DNA of 63,767 bases, counting the filler, from Octopus bimaculoides (Eukaryota): NCBI RefSeq assembly GCF_001194135.2. It is 4 parts of 4 records of this genome, joined end to end, with 100 filler letters (N's around TTAATTAATTAA, not from the genome) between each part and the next. Parts side by side here need not be neighbours in the genome. Positions count along the whole stretch, not along the records: positions 43,253 to 61,807 come from NC_068985.1; positions 61,908 to 63,767 come from NC_068998.1; 2 more parts are not named here. One strand, written 5' to 3'. The notes beneath the pieces were generated by a model. That model did no database searches and had not been told where the DNA came from. It was given only the letters and a program-made list of their open reading frames with translations. The stretch's first letter is position 1. Every line of letters starts with the position of its first letter. Positions 50,323 through 62,183 of this stretch are shown here, piece after piece. Made by a program: the position numbers and the translations under genes.

Positions 50323-50804
50323 AGTATGGTCAATGTTTTCTAGTTAAAAGGTTTTCTAGTAAAACGATTTTCTGCTCAAGGAAAAAATATGTGTTTATAA
50401 TTGTCTGAAGTCATCATTAATTACTTCTCAAATCAACTAGTATTACCTCTATATCTCAAAATAGCCGTCGGAAGCATCAGATTCTTTCGACATTAAATAG
50501 GATCAGCGAACTCAGGAGTATCTAAACATAAATTTATATTTCAGATTCCCAATAAGTTTTAGATTGATAGGCTTTTGAGACTGTCTTGTTTTAATTCGTA
50601 TCTGTTCCATTGTGTTAATAAAATACATGACTCTACCATTCATCTTCCCACACGGCCTCAGACTCAACACAGAGGCCTGCATCCGGTGTCTGGAAGTGGT
50701 AGTGCTACCCTAGATCAAGTGGGTGGCTGCTGGAAGACCTTATGTCTGGCAATAGGACTCTGCACTATGCCTCACAAGCAAGAGAACGCAGTCATGGCTG
50801 TTAG

Positions 50805-51030
50805 ACAATTTCTGCGACCACATCACCTCTAACATCTTGCCATCTAACTAACCAGACTACAACCAACTTCATTATGTACGGGGTGCAGTTGAGTGAAAAA
50901 CCAACAAAACTTGTAACACCAAAGATGAACTGAATGCAAGGATTATGATAGCATTCTCCAACTGATACATGGTGAATCTCTAGAAGAGCTGCAGGATATT
51001 CCGAAGTCGTCTTGAAGTATGCACTGAGAG
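50805..51030 (+). mobile_element. Tc1/mariner transposase C-terminal remnant
   Basis: ILPSN..NQLHYVRGAVE*KTNKTCNTKDELNARIMIAF..SCRIFRSRLE resembles WPPNSPDLNPLDY..WG.VE. Confidence 0.6.
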
Positions 51031-51034
51031 GTGG

Positions 51035-51578
51035 TATCTCAGATGCTTTGATACAGTCATTACCTTTGCTGCCCGTGGAAAGCTGGACTGTTTCAAAAGC
51101 TACAAATGTTGACCTGCGAAATGTACCTGCCTTCGGCTTCACAACTGAAGTAAATAAACTTCTATACCAGCTCTTTTGCGTTAGACATAGAGAAATTGAG
51201 TCGAGTTAACTACCTCCATGTGAGGACTGCCTGTTCATGCATGCGCTTCGTGCAAATCACCAAGTAGCCATCTGGGAAAGATGTCTACAGGCCCAATCCT
51301 TTGTTCCAAGCCCCATCGACTGAGGTTGGATATTAGACAAGAAGAGTGATCTCGTCATTGTTTGGATGCGCAGCTCACCTGCACTGGATGCTGTTGTTTA
51401 GCTTTTGTTCTGCAAATGTATGCGTTCCTGCAAACTATCAACATGAAGCTGTCTCAGCAATGGCTTGAAGTGCACAGACACGAGCAAGCTACGAACAAGT
51501 GACGACGAAGCTCCTGAATTCGGCGACAGAGAGCCAGGATTAGAACTGACGGATTCTGAGGATGACCACGATGATTAG
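51035..51578 (+). mobile_element. Academ-like transposon protein C-terminus (XPG-like region plus Cys-rich finger)
   Basis: DTVITFAARGK; VNKLLYQLFCVRHREIESS*LPPCEDCLFMHALRANHQVAIW..GW..W..PA..CKC..SC..SC..NGLKCTD; acidic tail then TAG. Confidence 0.65.
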
Positions 51579-51709
51579 CTTCATGGTATGCAGGGCACCC
51601 ATGGCAAATCCAGATCCTGACTAACCTGCAGTAATGTCAAGGAAGCGTGTTCTGTTCTTTTTACCACACTTCTGGTACAGGGAGCACGGGACTTTGCTAC
51701 AGACCCCTG

Positions 51710-52264
51710 GGCAGAAAATCAAAACATTCGTATCCTAAGCTTTGTTTTGCCACATGTAACAGCAAACACCAGGTCATTTCCAAAAGAGGTTGCAAGACGC
51801 TTGACCTTTTCTGAGGGATTTGTACACTCGTTTTCTCTAGTCAGGAAGGAATAGAGAAATTTGATAATAGTGTCAAGAATGATATTTTTCCCGGTGCTAG
51901 GGGGTTATATTTGACTGAGAACTTCTTTCTTTATCTGCTGTCCTAGCTACACTGCTGCTTTGGCTAGAGAATCTTCAGACAGAATTGTCTCTATTTCTCG
52001 CAGCTCCTGATCCTGTCGGTGGTGGCCTTTGACAGGATCATCCATGGAAAGACTGTCTGGGTATACGAGGAGCTTGTTCTGGTCATTGTAATTACTGCTA
52101 GATGTGTGAACGATGTTATCTATGTTGTAGTCATCATGCGCAGAAGTACTTCACTATGAGTATTGGTTAAATTTCATAAATCTGCAAATAAAGAACAAAG
52201 CTACCGAGCTAAAAGAGATATCACATTTTTTTACTTTCCGCTAGCTGACATGGCTCATGGTCTA
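51710..52264 (-). mobile_element. Academ-like N-terminal ORF fragment on the opposite strand, plus a TAG-starting terminus
   Basis: SEKVKRLATSFGNDLVFAVTCGKTK resembles the RL..S..QD..YAV..G..K.PKH motif; the reverse complement at 52264 begins TAGACCATGAGC. Confidence 0.45.
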
Positions 52265-52586
52265 AATATTTAATCCAATAGTTTTGGGTAAATATGATGA
52301 AATTCTACCGTCATTTCTTTCTTCTTCTTTCTGCTAGTTGTAAACTTGAAAATTAAAGACAGATGATGTCATTCCATCAACGTGAAAACGCAAGTTGCCT
52401 CGTTCATATCTTGGATTTGAATTTCTATAATTTTGAATTTCTATGTATCACTTTTCATTTTGAACTCGACAGTGACAGTGTAGTTGTCGAAATATCGTTC
52501 AACGAATAAAACATCTATTGCAATCGCATCGCGCTCTTTGTATTGTCTATATATCTTTGTGAGGAGTTACGTCAAGCATTTTAAAA

Positions 52587-52587
<1 letters not shown>

Positions 52588-52658
<71 letters not shown>
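52588..52658. repeat. (ATT)n microsatellite; an (AAT)n array lies at about 52940-53035
   Basis: Read directly. Confidence 0.95.
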
Positions 52659-52659
<1 letters not shown>

Positions 52660-52973
52660 GAGTGAGGGAGCAGAGCATGCTACCGAGTGGCAGTGATGTA
52701 CAAATGTAACAGCCCAAAATATCCATAATGACAAATCGTCCGACAAGGTTACACCAGGCACATGTATCACAACCACTTGTTAACGACATAATGAACTCAC
52801 TTCATGATAAACAGAGCAAGGCCTTGCAGATAACTAGTTAAAACAATTTTATCTGACCAACAAATTTTGTTTCTCTCAAGCGTGACACACCCGTCAGATA
52901 CGTACAAAAAACAAATTGGCGTATTGATATTATTGATATGATAATAATAATACTAATAGTAATAATAATAATA

Positions 52974-53035
<62 letters not shown>

Positions 53036-53699
53036 CAGGCCAGATCACCGCGCTGAATAACAAGGTGGCTGTGCTACACCGGGCTCTCCATTCAAAAAAC
53101 AAATCTAATCAAATCACATCGGTGGATTAGGATAAAGGAACCTGTGAAAAATTTGAAAGAAGCGGCATTGTAACGAAAATAATCACAAAAACTAAATTTC
53201 CCTGCCGTACAAAGCACAGTTTCTCCCATGCACGATATCTCAGCGAAGTATGTGCGAAAGACACATGCGAAATCAACATCGGAAAGTTTACTAATTATAA
53301 AATATAAGTGGAACAAAACAAGCATGTAAATTGATTAATTACGCATACACTCTAATATCTATACAATCATAATATATTTTAATACCCATAGGACTACACA
53401 TACTTCACAGTGTTCACACAACTACCTTAAATTTACAGGACACACATACACGCATATGAAATCTAGTGTCACAAACGAAGCAAAAAAAAAATAACAAAAC
53501 AATTATTTCTTTCTTTCGGAACAATTAATAATTATAAAAAAACCCCAAACAACTAAGCCCGGAGATAAATATATCAACTAAAGGTTTTCAGGCGAATACA
53601 GATATGTTAACCTTAAGAAGCTACGTGACAAGTAATGTGTTCATTCAGAGAACTTGGAGGCGGTGTTGTCTCAAAAATTTAAACCTAAACAGACAGATC

Positions 53700-56600
53700 C
53701 GTCCCCTGATGATCTTCCAAGCTCGACATACCTCAACAAATGAAAATACAAACCGATCTGCAGTCACCCGGTTCAGCAAATAGCCGGGTACCCCAATGAC
53801 CAACTAGAATGGGTACGAAAATCAGCTACTAGTTCAAATTGTCCCGAAACACAAGAGCTGGAAGTACCCTACCACCGGAATATTCCAACAGATGGCTATC
53901 ATCGCACGTCATCAAATAACCAAGACAAAAAGAATGAAAAATGGTCTAGGCGAGATAATAAAGAAATTAATACTGAACAAACCTACCTAAACTGGAGACA
54001 GAAGCACCTTGAATAAGATCCTACATAGACAGTAACACACTTGCCAACGTCAGAAGATACATAATGGAAAAGAAATTATTAAATGAATTAGAGATTGAGC
54101 AAATTAAACGAACAGTAATGGATAAAGGGATCTAAGCTGCAGCTAAAGAATATACAACAGAGGAAATAATTATAGACCAGCCCAGGGCTGATGAAAATGC
54201 AGTAATGATACAAAGAATCAATGTAATTGATAGACAAAGTGACATACTCTCTGAAACAACCATAAATACCAAGGCAGATGAAAATCAAATAGATCAAGAA
54301 AGTCACACAGAAATTGACCCCACTGAAATACATGAGCTAAAAAATCAAATCATGATTGAATGGCTGAAAATTGTAGAAACCAGTATAAATAAACGTGACA
54401 CTCTCCCAAAAATTCGCAATTATAACCACAACCTGAAAGTAATTGTTAAATCCACCCTACATTTAAGGATATAATTTCAGCTAATGATGTTGATATTACA
54501 GATCTCAATCACCTGTAACATGCATCCGCGAAAATCTCAACGATTCTATGTGGTGAAAAGATTAGAAAACGGCAACATTTCTACAAAGCGCCCACTTGGT
54601 AAGAACGTATTCAACACCAAATTTAGCTACTTAGGTCTGATATAGAATGTTTAGAAAATCTTAAGTTTGACAAGACTATCAAACCAACAAAAATCCGCAA
54701 ATTAAAAAAATAATATATGAAAACCATACTTGGCATCGACACCACCATAGAAACTAACAAGCAGCAAAAGCTAGAGCTGCTAAAGCTACCCGCATAGCAC
54801 CGTATGAAAAGCGCGTTAGATTCTTCAGGGACAATATGTTAAAAAATAACCCAAAATATATTTACTGGAAGATAGGGAGAATACCAGTAAGAGTAAAGTC
54901 TGTCCCGTCAAAAGAAGAGACACAGGAATTTTGAAATAAAATGTGAGCGGGATAAACACAATAAAGAGGCCCCTTAGATTGATAGAATATCTACTGACTT
55001 AGACTCCCTAAAAGTGGGAGGGTATCGAGGTAGAGGATGTAATATCAGCCCTCAAGCAAATGGAAGTCTCTGGGAAAGGTTAAAATTCCTAACCGCTGGT
55101 TAAATACCTTCCCAGAGAGTCATGAACTGCTAACAAAACTTTACAACAATGTTTTGAAACAACTGAATATGATTCTCTTGTGGTAAGTCAATGGTGTTAC
55201 GTTGCTACTTACAAAAAAAAAATAAAGAAACAAATGAACCAACAATTATAGTCCCATAACTTGCTTAACAACGACGTATAAAATACTGACATCTGTCTTG
55301 ACTGAATTTAACCTATAGTTTTTTAATAGTAAGTGGCATATACCCTAATGAGCAAAACGTCCTATGTCGTAAAGATCAGTTACTCATCAATAAGATGATC
55401 TTTGGAAGATTGTCACAAACGACACAGAAACTAGTCGGTAGCTTAGTTAGACCATAAAAATGCTTTTGATAGTCGACCACATAAGTGTATTTAGAAAAGT
55501 CTGGAAATGTGCAGGGTAGAGCACCTTCTTTGCGAAACTTCTAGTTTGTAAGTATGATATCATGGAGAACAACACTGATTTGAAAAGTGACAATGAATCT
55601 CTCAAAGCTGGAGACGTAAGAATTTCACGTGGCATTTTCAAGGGTGACTCTATCACCACTCCTCTTTTGTCTAGCCTTAATATCTCTCTCGAATGTGCTC
55701 GATGATGTACGATACAGCTATAAAATGTTACATAAAAATATAAACCATCTCTTTTACATGGATAAATTAAAGCTCTTTGCAAAAAAAGGATCAACAACTA
55801 CAGGGCTTACTATCTATTGTTAAGCAATTCACTGATGACATCAGGATGCAATTTGGCCTCGATAAATGTGCAAAGGCTACCTTTATCAAAGGAAATATAT
55901 GACAGAAATATCCAATGCTAATCTTGACCAGCAGAATGTCATAAAGGCTTTATCACCAGTGGAGAGCTACGAATACCTAGGTGTATTCGAAGGTGATTGA
56001 ATCAAACATTCAATGATGAGGGGAAGGATCAGAAGCGAACGTTATCGTATGGTAAGGTCAATACTCAAGACAGAGCTGAATGCAAGAAGCAGGATTAGAG
56101 TGATCAATACTTTAGCCATACCGTTCGTGACTTACAGTTTAAGTATCATTCACTGGTTAGTTACTGAATTACGTAATCTTCACAAAAAATATGAAAATTG
56201 TTGACAATGTATAGAATGCACTACGCTAAGGTAGTTCATTCCATACATTACCAAGAAAAGAGGGTGGCCGTGGACTTTTACAATCGGAATTAACAACGAA
56301 GATGGCCCCAATTGGCCTAAACACCTAACTGAAAAACTCTGATGACTGCATGCTAAAACTTTTTCTTAAAGTATGAAAACAAGAAAGCATCTTACTCAGT
56401 AACAAATCCCAAAATTTTATAAAGGGTTTGATTGCTATCTAGCTCAGATACCAGGAAGCCCCAAACTGGCAGAAAATCAAATTATAGTACGCATAGCAAC
56501 TGCCCATATTCTACGTAAAATACTGTCTATGTAATCTCAAATTTTAAAACAAGCTTATAATTTTCTTATGTTTTCTTAAACATTGTCTAGAAAAATATTA

Positions 56601-56740
56601 TGTGCAAAACCAAATTTTTGACACCCTAGGCATAACACCAAGTTGAAATTCTAACTTGTCTCTTGAAGTCTGTGGGTGAGATTTGGAGTCACCTTGTACA
56701 TATACGAAGTAAAAGTGAAGCATAATAAGATTAATAATAA
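53700..56740 (+). mobile_element. Near full-length but heavily decayed R4/Dong-like non-LTR retrotransposon with an internal deletion
   Basis: N-terminal RMK..NTLANVRRYIM; RT NYSPITCLTTTYKILTS, GIFKG..LSPLLFCLAL..INHLFYMDKLKLFAK, MQFGLDKCAKA; C-terminal IATAHILRKILSM*; 3' UTR ends at AATAATAA and a gap. Most of the Zn knuckle/REL is missing near 56420. Confidence 0.85.
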
Positions 56741-56865
56741 NNNNNNNNNNNNNNNNNNNNNNNNNNNNNNNNNNNNNNNNNNNNNNNNNNNNNNNNNNNN
56801 NNNNNNNNNNNNNNNNNNNNNNNNNNNNNNNNNNNNNNNNNNNNNNNNNNNNNNNNNNNNNNNNN

Positions 56866-56911
<46 letters not shown>

Positions 56912-58420
56912 GAAAGTATTAGGATGTACGGAATATCAGGGATGGCCATTTATGAAATTATTTTCAATCTATATATTTTAGAGCAAAACATTTTCATTTA
57001 CTGCAGATTCTCTTCAACGTTCATTCTGGATAACAATTCTCCTACTCGTTGATCATTTTCCAAATGGAAATCAGTCAAGGCTCATTTTCCATTACGCATA
57101 TCACGTCTACGTTTCATCAATAAACATTATATATATAGTGAAGTGTGAGTGACTTTGTTTTTGTTCGTTGCCTAATCTATTCCATGAATTATTAGAATAT
57201 TAGAATTAAAGAGGTTATATTTAAAAATTGCCTTGTCATTTCTTTCCTAATTGGATAATGTCTGACACATATTCTACCAATGTAGTATTAATATTGTAAC
57301 AAATTACATCATTCGTTCAGTTCATTTCACTGAAAGACGGAGTTGACGCGTTACTTATGGTTTCAGGAGTAGCCTTATGTCCGAATTGATGCCTGCCAAA
57401 TTATGTCTGCTATCCTTCCATAATCGTACCTATGCCGACACGCGTACACGAAACTACAAACCACTTCAGTACAACACTTCACTATTTTACAAATGCATTT
57501 TATATACCATTCTTTCCTAATTGTCATGTTGTTTCTGCATAGCCTCATCAATACACATGTACATAAACACCTATACACAAACATATGCAAATCAATGCAT
57601 GAAAATTACGTCAAAGTTTCGAGAAAATCCACCGACAATGCACGAAGATCGCTACAAAATTATTAAAAATGCCTCCCTTTTCACACTTAGTGGCGAATTT
57701 TGCAATAAGCGTTAACGGATATTTTTCTTTAAGTTATATGAAATCATATAAAATCGGATGCTTGTGCATGCACATATACACATATAAACAGATAAACACC
57801 ACAAACACACACGCAATTTCGCACACATATATAATAAGGCAATAAGCTCTCGATATAATTTTTCTCGTTAATTTCTTAGAAAAAAAAAAATTATGAAATA
57901 CATATCTATACACATTGCAGAAAGCAACATCGCTGATATAATCATTTCGAGAGTTGCGCAATAATATTTTCTAGCATACGCAAAACTAGGACAGTGAAAG
58001 GATTATAAGATGTGGGCGGGATCTAATAATCCTGACATTGAAATGTGTAAGAAAATTCAGATTTCTCGTATATGATTTGAAAATACAACTAAAATTGTAC
58101 AATGCAAAAAAGAAAGTGAAAATATATAAGAATTCTGATTACGGTAGAACACTAGGTAACAAGATCTTTTCAGGCCCCAAAAGTTTCATATTAAACGGCT
58201 ATCTATTGTCTGTCTGTCTAATTGCGTGTTTTATTGTCGGTCTGTATGTCTGTCAGTCTCACTTTCTCTTTCTCTCTCTCTTTATCTCACTGTGTATATG
58301 TGTGTCTGTGAGTGTATTTATATACGTATATCTACTATGCATATGTAAACAGACAGAGGCTGTTAATCTATTATTCAGAAAGTATATACATACATGCATA
58401 CATACATACATATGTATATG

Positions 58421-58455
<35 letters not shown>

Positions 58456-58494
58456 GTGTGTGTGTGTGTGTGTATGTGTCTGTCCATGTGACAG

Positions 58495-58675
58495 TGTTTG
58501 TAGCCCACTACTGCTCGACAATCGTTGTTGGTGTGTTTACTCCCTTTATTTTAACGGTTTTGCAAAGCGAGCAGTAAAATAATTAACAGGCTTAAAGGAA
58601 AAGTAAAAAAGGACTGGGGTCGAGTAATTCGACTCAAAATTCTTCAAGGTGTTGCCTCAACATGGGGATATCCAA
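58495..58675 (+). mobile_element. Degenerate SINE family A 3' module
   Basis: GACAATCGTTGTTGGTGTGTTTAC..GGACTGGGGTCGAG..TTCGACT..CAAGGTG..CCTCAACATGG. Confidence 0.7.
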
Positions 58676-59044
58676 TATGTTTTTAGTTATGCCATTATAA
58701 TTTTTTTTAAATTCCCTATTTAGACACGTTTAAGATTTTATCTCAAGATATTGGACATATGCTATGATATAATCTGAGTATATCAAAAGTTCCAAAAAAG
58801 GGGCTGCGTAAATTTTAAAATACGTTTGTGTTCTCTTCTTTTCTGTACCAACTCCTCCCTTAGAACCAGCCCTGAATCGAATCCACGGTTTATTGTGAAT
58901 TTGGTACTTACATGGTTGTTTTACCTCAATTTGAACCCTATAATATTGTAGCTGTCCATTTATGGCTTTCTACATGTTGATGTAACTAGATTCAAATAAA
59001 TATTATAACTAAATTATATATATATCTTTATATCTTTAAAGATA

Positions 59045-59170
59045 TGTGACATTTATTCGGTAGCCATGATAAAACTCCGAATTTCGGATAACTGAAGAGA
59101 TGGTGGCGTGGGCTTCCACCCCAGCATCCGAAATTCGGAGTTTTATAATGGCTACCGAATAAGTGTCACA
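59045..59170. repeat. Long hairpin: 45-bp arms (2 mismatches) and a 36-nt loop
   Basis: 59045-59089 versus the reverse complement of 59126-59170. Confidence 0.95.
59092..59137 (+). ncRNA. Hammerhead-like core embedded in the hairpin
   Basis: CUGAAGA 59092-59098; stem II GAUG/CAUC with inner GGUGG/CCACC; GAAA 59130; UUC site. Stem I register is ambiguous. Confidence 0.6.
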
Positions 59171-60632
59171 AAGTGTTACAGATAAATTCCTCTATTTACA
59201 TAATATCAAGGTCTCTTTCTTTCTTTTGTTGTCCTTCCTATCAATATATATAAGAGAAATATGTTACAAAAAGAAAATAGAAACCTCACGTGGAAATGTA
59301 AGGGGAAAGTAAGAAGAAAAATAAGCGAAAATGCACATTGGAAATCAGGAAAAGTAAAGGCTTTTTATGAAAAGTAACGATAGATATATACAATTAGATA
59401 AACTGAGGTAGGAATAAAGGTAATAAAAGTCATTATTGTGAATTGTTAAAGAGATTCAAAAGCATGCTGCTTTCGTAAAATTATTAATAATTGCTTTGAA
59501 TGCACACCGATTACTGAACGGTGTCAGTTCTACTGGTCCCTGAGTAAAAAGATTATGTGAAGGGAGGTAAGTAGTTCTGGATTTGGTGCAATTAGGGTAT
59601 ATCTAGATCTGTAATGTGAATGGTGTATGGGATATATGGGGGTTAGTGGTATTAATTGAAAAGTTAGTAGTGTTCTGTATTATGTTATGTGTTCACATGG
59701 AGTTGTAGGAGAGATTTATCGATGGAAGTTCCCTCTTTATTCATTCTTTGTTGTATTGAGGTGTTCTGTGATCATTGATAGATGGGAAACATTAGGAAAT
59801 TAGGATTAACATTTCTCGCACACTTTTCTGTGTATTCACTGACCTATATCTGTCTGTATTGTGGGTGGCGGATTTTTTCTTTGTGGAGAGTGTTTCTTCG
59901 ACGGAGTGATATTCCTGTTTGGTCAATATAATTATAGATGTTTTGGATCGTTGTATTCTTTGGATTCTTTGCCATCAAATTTGATTGCAAAGAAATCAGA
60001 TTTGATGGCAAAGAATCGAAACTAGTTCGAAAGCATCTATATCACCATACTCTAAGCATGTAATGGCATAGATTAGATATTCCGAGGCACAGATGAAATT
60101 TGATTTAACCTTAAATATTTCAGCCTGTTTAAAGTGGAACTCTGAAGCCTCCAAAAGATGGGTGCATGTACCACAATTAGGTCGACCACATTTTTTCACT
60201 TTTCGTTCTGTTGTTAATGGATATAGTCTTGCGCTGTTTAATATTTTTTCAATGATTTCGGTTGCATTTTGCCTTTGATAATTTTGTGTGAGCCTAAAAT
60301 TTTCTTCATTGTGAGGATGGGTAGATTTTGGATGATAATGTTAAAGGCTTCGTTGTTTCTAGGGTTGTGTGTGGAGATGTATGGGAGTATTTTTAAGTCT
60401 GGTTTCGTATTTAGGTTGACTTCCCTTAATGTTCGTATATCTATTTCTTTAGGTCGTTTAATGCCATCATTTATTAATGATATTGGGTAATGTCCTTTGA
60501 TTAGTATTGATCTAAGTTCAAGGAGTCTTCGTTCGCGAGTATAGGTGTCGGAAACTATGGTACATAGTTTCGCTAGATTATAAGGAATATTAATGTTTGT
60601 GTGGTATGAGTTGAATAATAGGTATTCTTTAG
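59171..60632 (-). mobile_element. 5'-truncated Penelope-like element: RT thumb, Cys linker, GIY-YIG, long 3' UTR
   Basis: EYLLFNS..NIPYNLA..LRSILIKGHYP..LPYISTHNPRN; CGRPNCGTC..FICASEYLIYAITC; YIDQTGISLRRR..H..IRHPQYRQI; stop near 59690. Confidence 0.85.
59935..60039. mobile_element. 105-bp fold-back insertion with TA target duplication inside the GIY-YIG region
   Basis: Ends TAGATG..CATCTA; TA at 59933-59934 and 60040-60041; perfect 18-bp inner arms at 59963-59980 and 60000-60017. Confidence 0.75.
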
Positions 60633-60671
60633 AATATTGAATGTATGTTTCGATGTGGTTATCGATTACTT

Positions 60672-60672
<1 letters not shown>

Positions 60673-60708
<36 letters not shown>

Positions 60709-60724
60709 ATGTCTGTCTGCCGGA

Positions 60725-60806
<82 letters not shown>

Positions 60807-60809
60807 GTC

Positions 60810-60846
<37 letters not shown>
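60673..60846. repeat. Compound (CTAT)n/(CTGT)n/(GT)n; other large arrays include (AGAT)n at about 62107-62180
   Basis: Read directly. Confidence 0.95.
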
Positions 60847-60848
<2 letters not shown>

Positions 60849-60915
60849 ATAAAATTAACAGAATGTGATAAAAAGCCTAGTCTGTGAAAGATTTCAAAAC
60901 ATTTATAAATAGAAG

Positions 60916-60958
60916 GTCTTACAGCTGTTTCCGGGATATATATGCCTTCATCGGAGAC
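60916..60958 (-). ncRNA. Degenerate type-I hammerhead motif, core variant CCGAUGA
   Basis: Reverse complement GUCU-CCGAUGA-AGGCAUAUAUAUCCCG-GAAA-CAGCUG-UA-AGAC: stem I GUCU/AGAC, palindromic stem III ACAG/CUGU, GUA site. Confidence 0.7.
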
Positions 60959-61074
60959 AGCGTGCGAAAATGGTTAAGCAATAGTTATTCTGGATAAGAT
61001 ATGAAATACAGAGTTCAGTGGAAGAATGAATATATACATATACATATATATATACATATACATGCATTCATACA

Positions 61075-61107
<33 letters not shown>

Positions 61108-61770
61108 GCATACGTACATACATACATACAATTACCTACAGTTATATATACATGCAGCTAATATAATATTTGGAAATTAAACAGCATCCAGAACAATAAG
61201 AACTTTACGAATTTCATACAGCGGTTCCTCTATTAATACATATTCTGAGTTATCATTGTCACTATTATAAGGCAACATTTTTCCGTCTCAAATTTCTACG
61301 TCTCAAATTTCTAACTTGTAAAAGTATAAATATCGTGTCATACGGTATAATAGATTTAAACACTGTTTCCCGAATAATATTTTCTCAATTACTATATTTC
61401 TGTAATAGATTATTTATATTCAACGACTATTTATTCCATGTTTATTATTTCTTACATTATTTCAACAAACGTATACATTTAAAATATACATGCATATATA
61501 AAATGTGTGTATTGAAAAATTCCTTTTCGAAAGGCATTTAAAATTACAACTGATGGCTTATTCAAACAAAGCTATTGAATGAGCCATGAAGAAAATGATT
61601 GTATCAGAGTTAACCTATTTTTATAGCGAATGTGACTGCCTTTTTATGTCTATCATCTGCAAATGCTGCGTTGGTATCTTTAAAATTCATTTAAAACAGC
61701 ACCGTCTCCTTGCATAAACACAAGCGTGCACATACATACACATTCACACTCATATAGATGCGTGTATATG

Positions 61771-61807
<37 letters not shown>

Positions 61808-62105
61808 NNNNNNNNNNNNNNNNNNNNNNNNNNNNNNNNNNNNNNNNNNNNTTAATTAATTAANNNNNNNNNNNNNNNNNNNNNNNNNNNNNNNNNNNNN
61901 NNNNNNNATATATATATATATATATATATAGTTAAAATGGTGGCACAGAGGGACGACAAAGGAATTTACAGAGAAAACACTACAAAAATAAGGCATACAA
62001 CGGGCGCAGACAAGCTTTAGTCCTCATCATCAGTTGAGGACTGACACGAATTTTCTGCATCCTAATTCTCACGAGATACCTATCAGAACAGCCATGGTTT
62101 AGTAG

Positions 62106-62183
<78 letters not shown>

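Noticed and set aside
53036-53092. GC-rich GGCCAG.. segment after (AAT)n, considered as an HDV-like ribozyme of the Dong 5' end
   Set aside because: No complementary P1 3' strand or nested double pseudoknot could be read, and it lies more than 600 bp from the recognisable element.
62015-62050. AGTCCTCA/TGAGGACT hairpin with CTGATGA on the minus strand; also TGACGTTTCG at about 2629
   Set aside because: GAAA or the CUGANGA partner and stem II are missing or misplaced; at best these are degenerate pLTR relics, so they were not counted.
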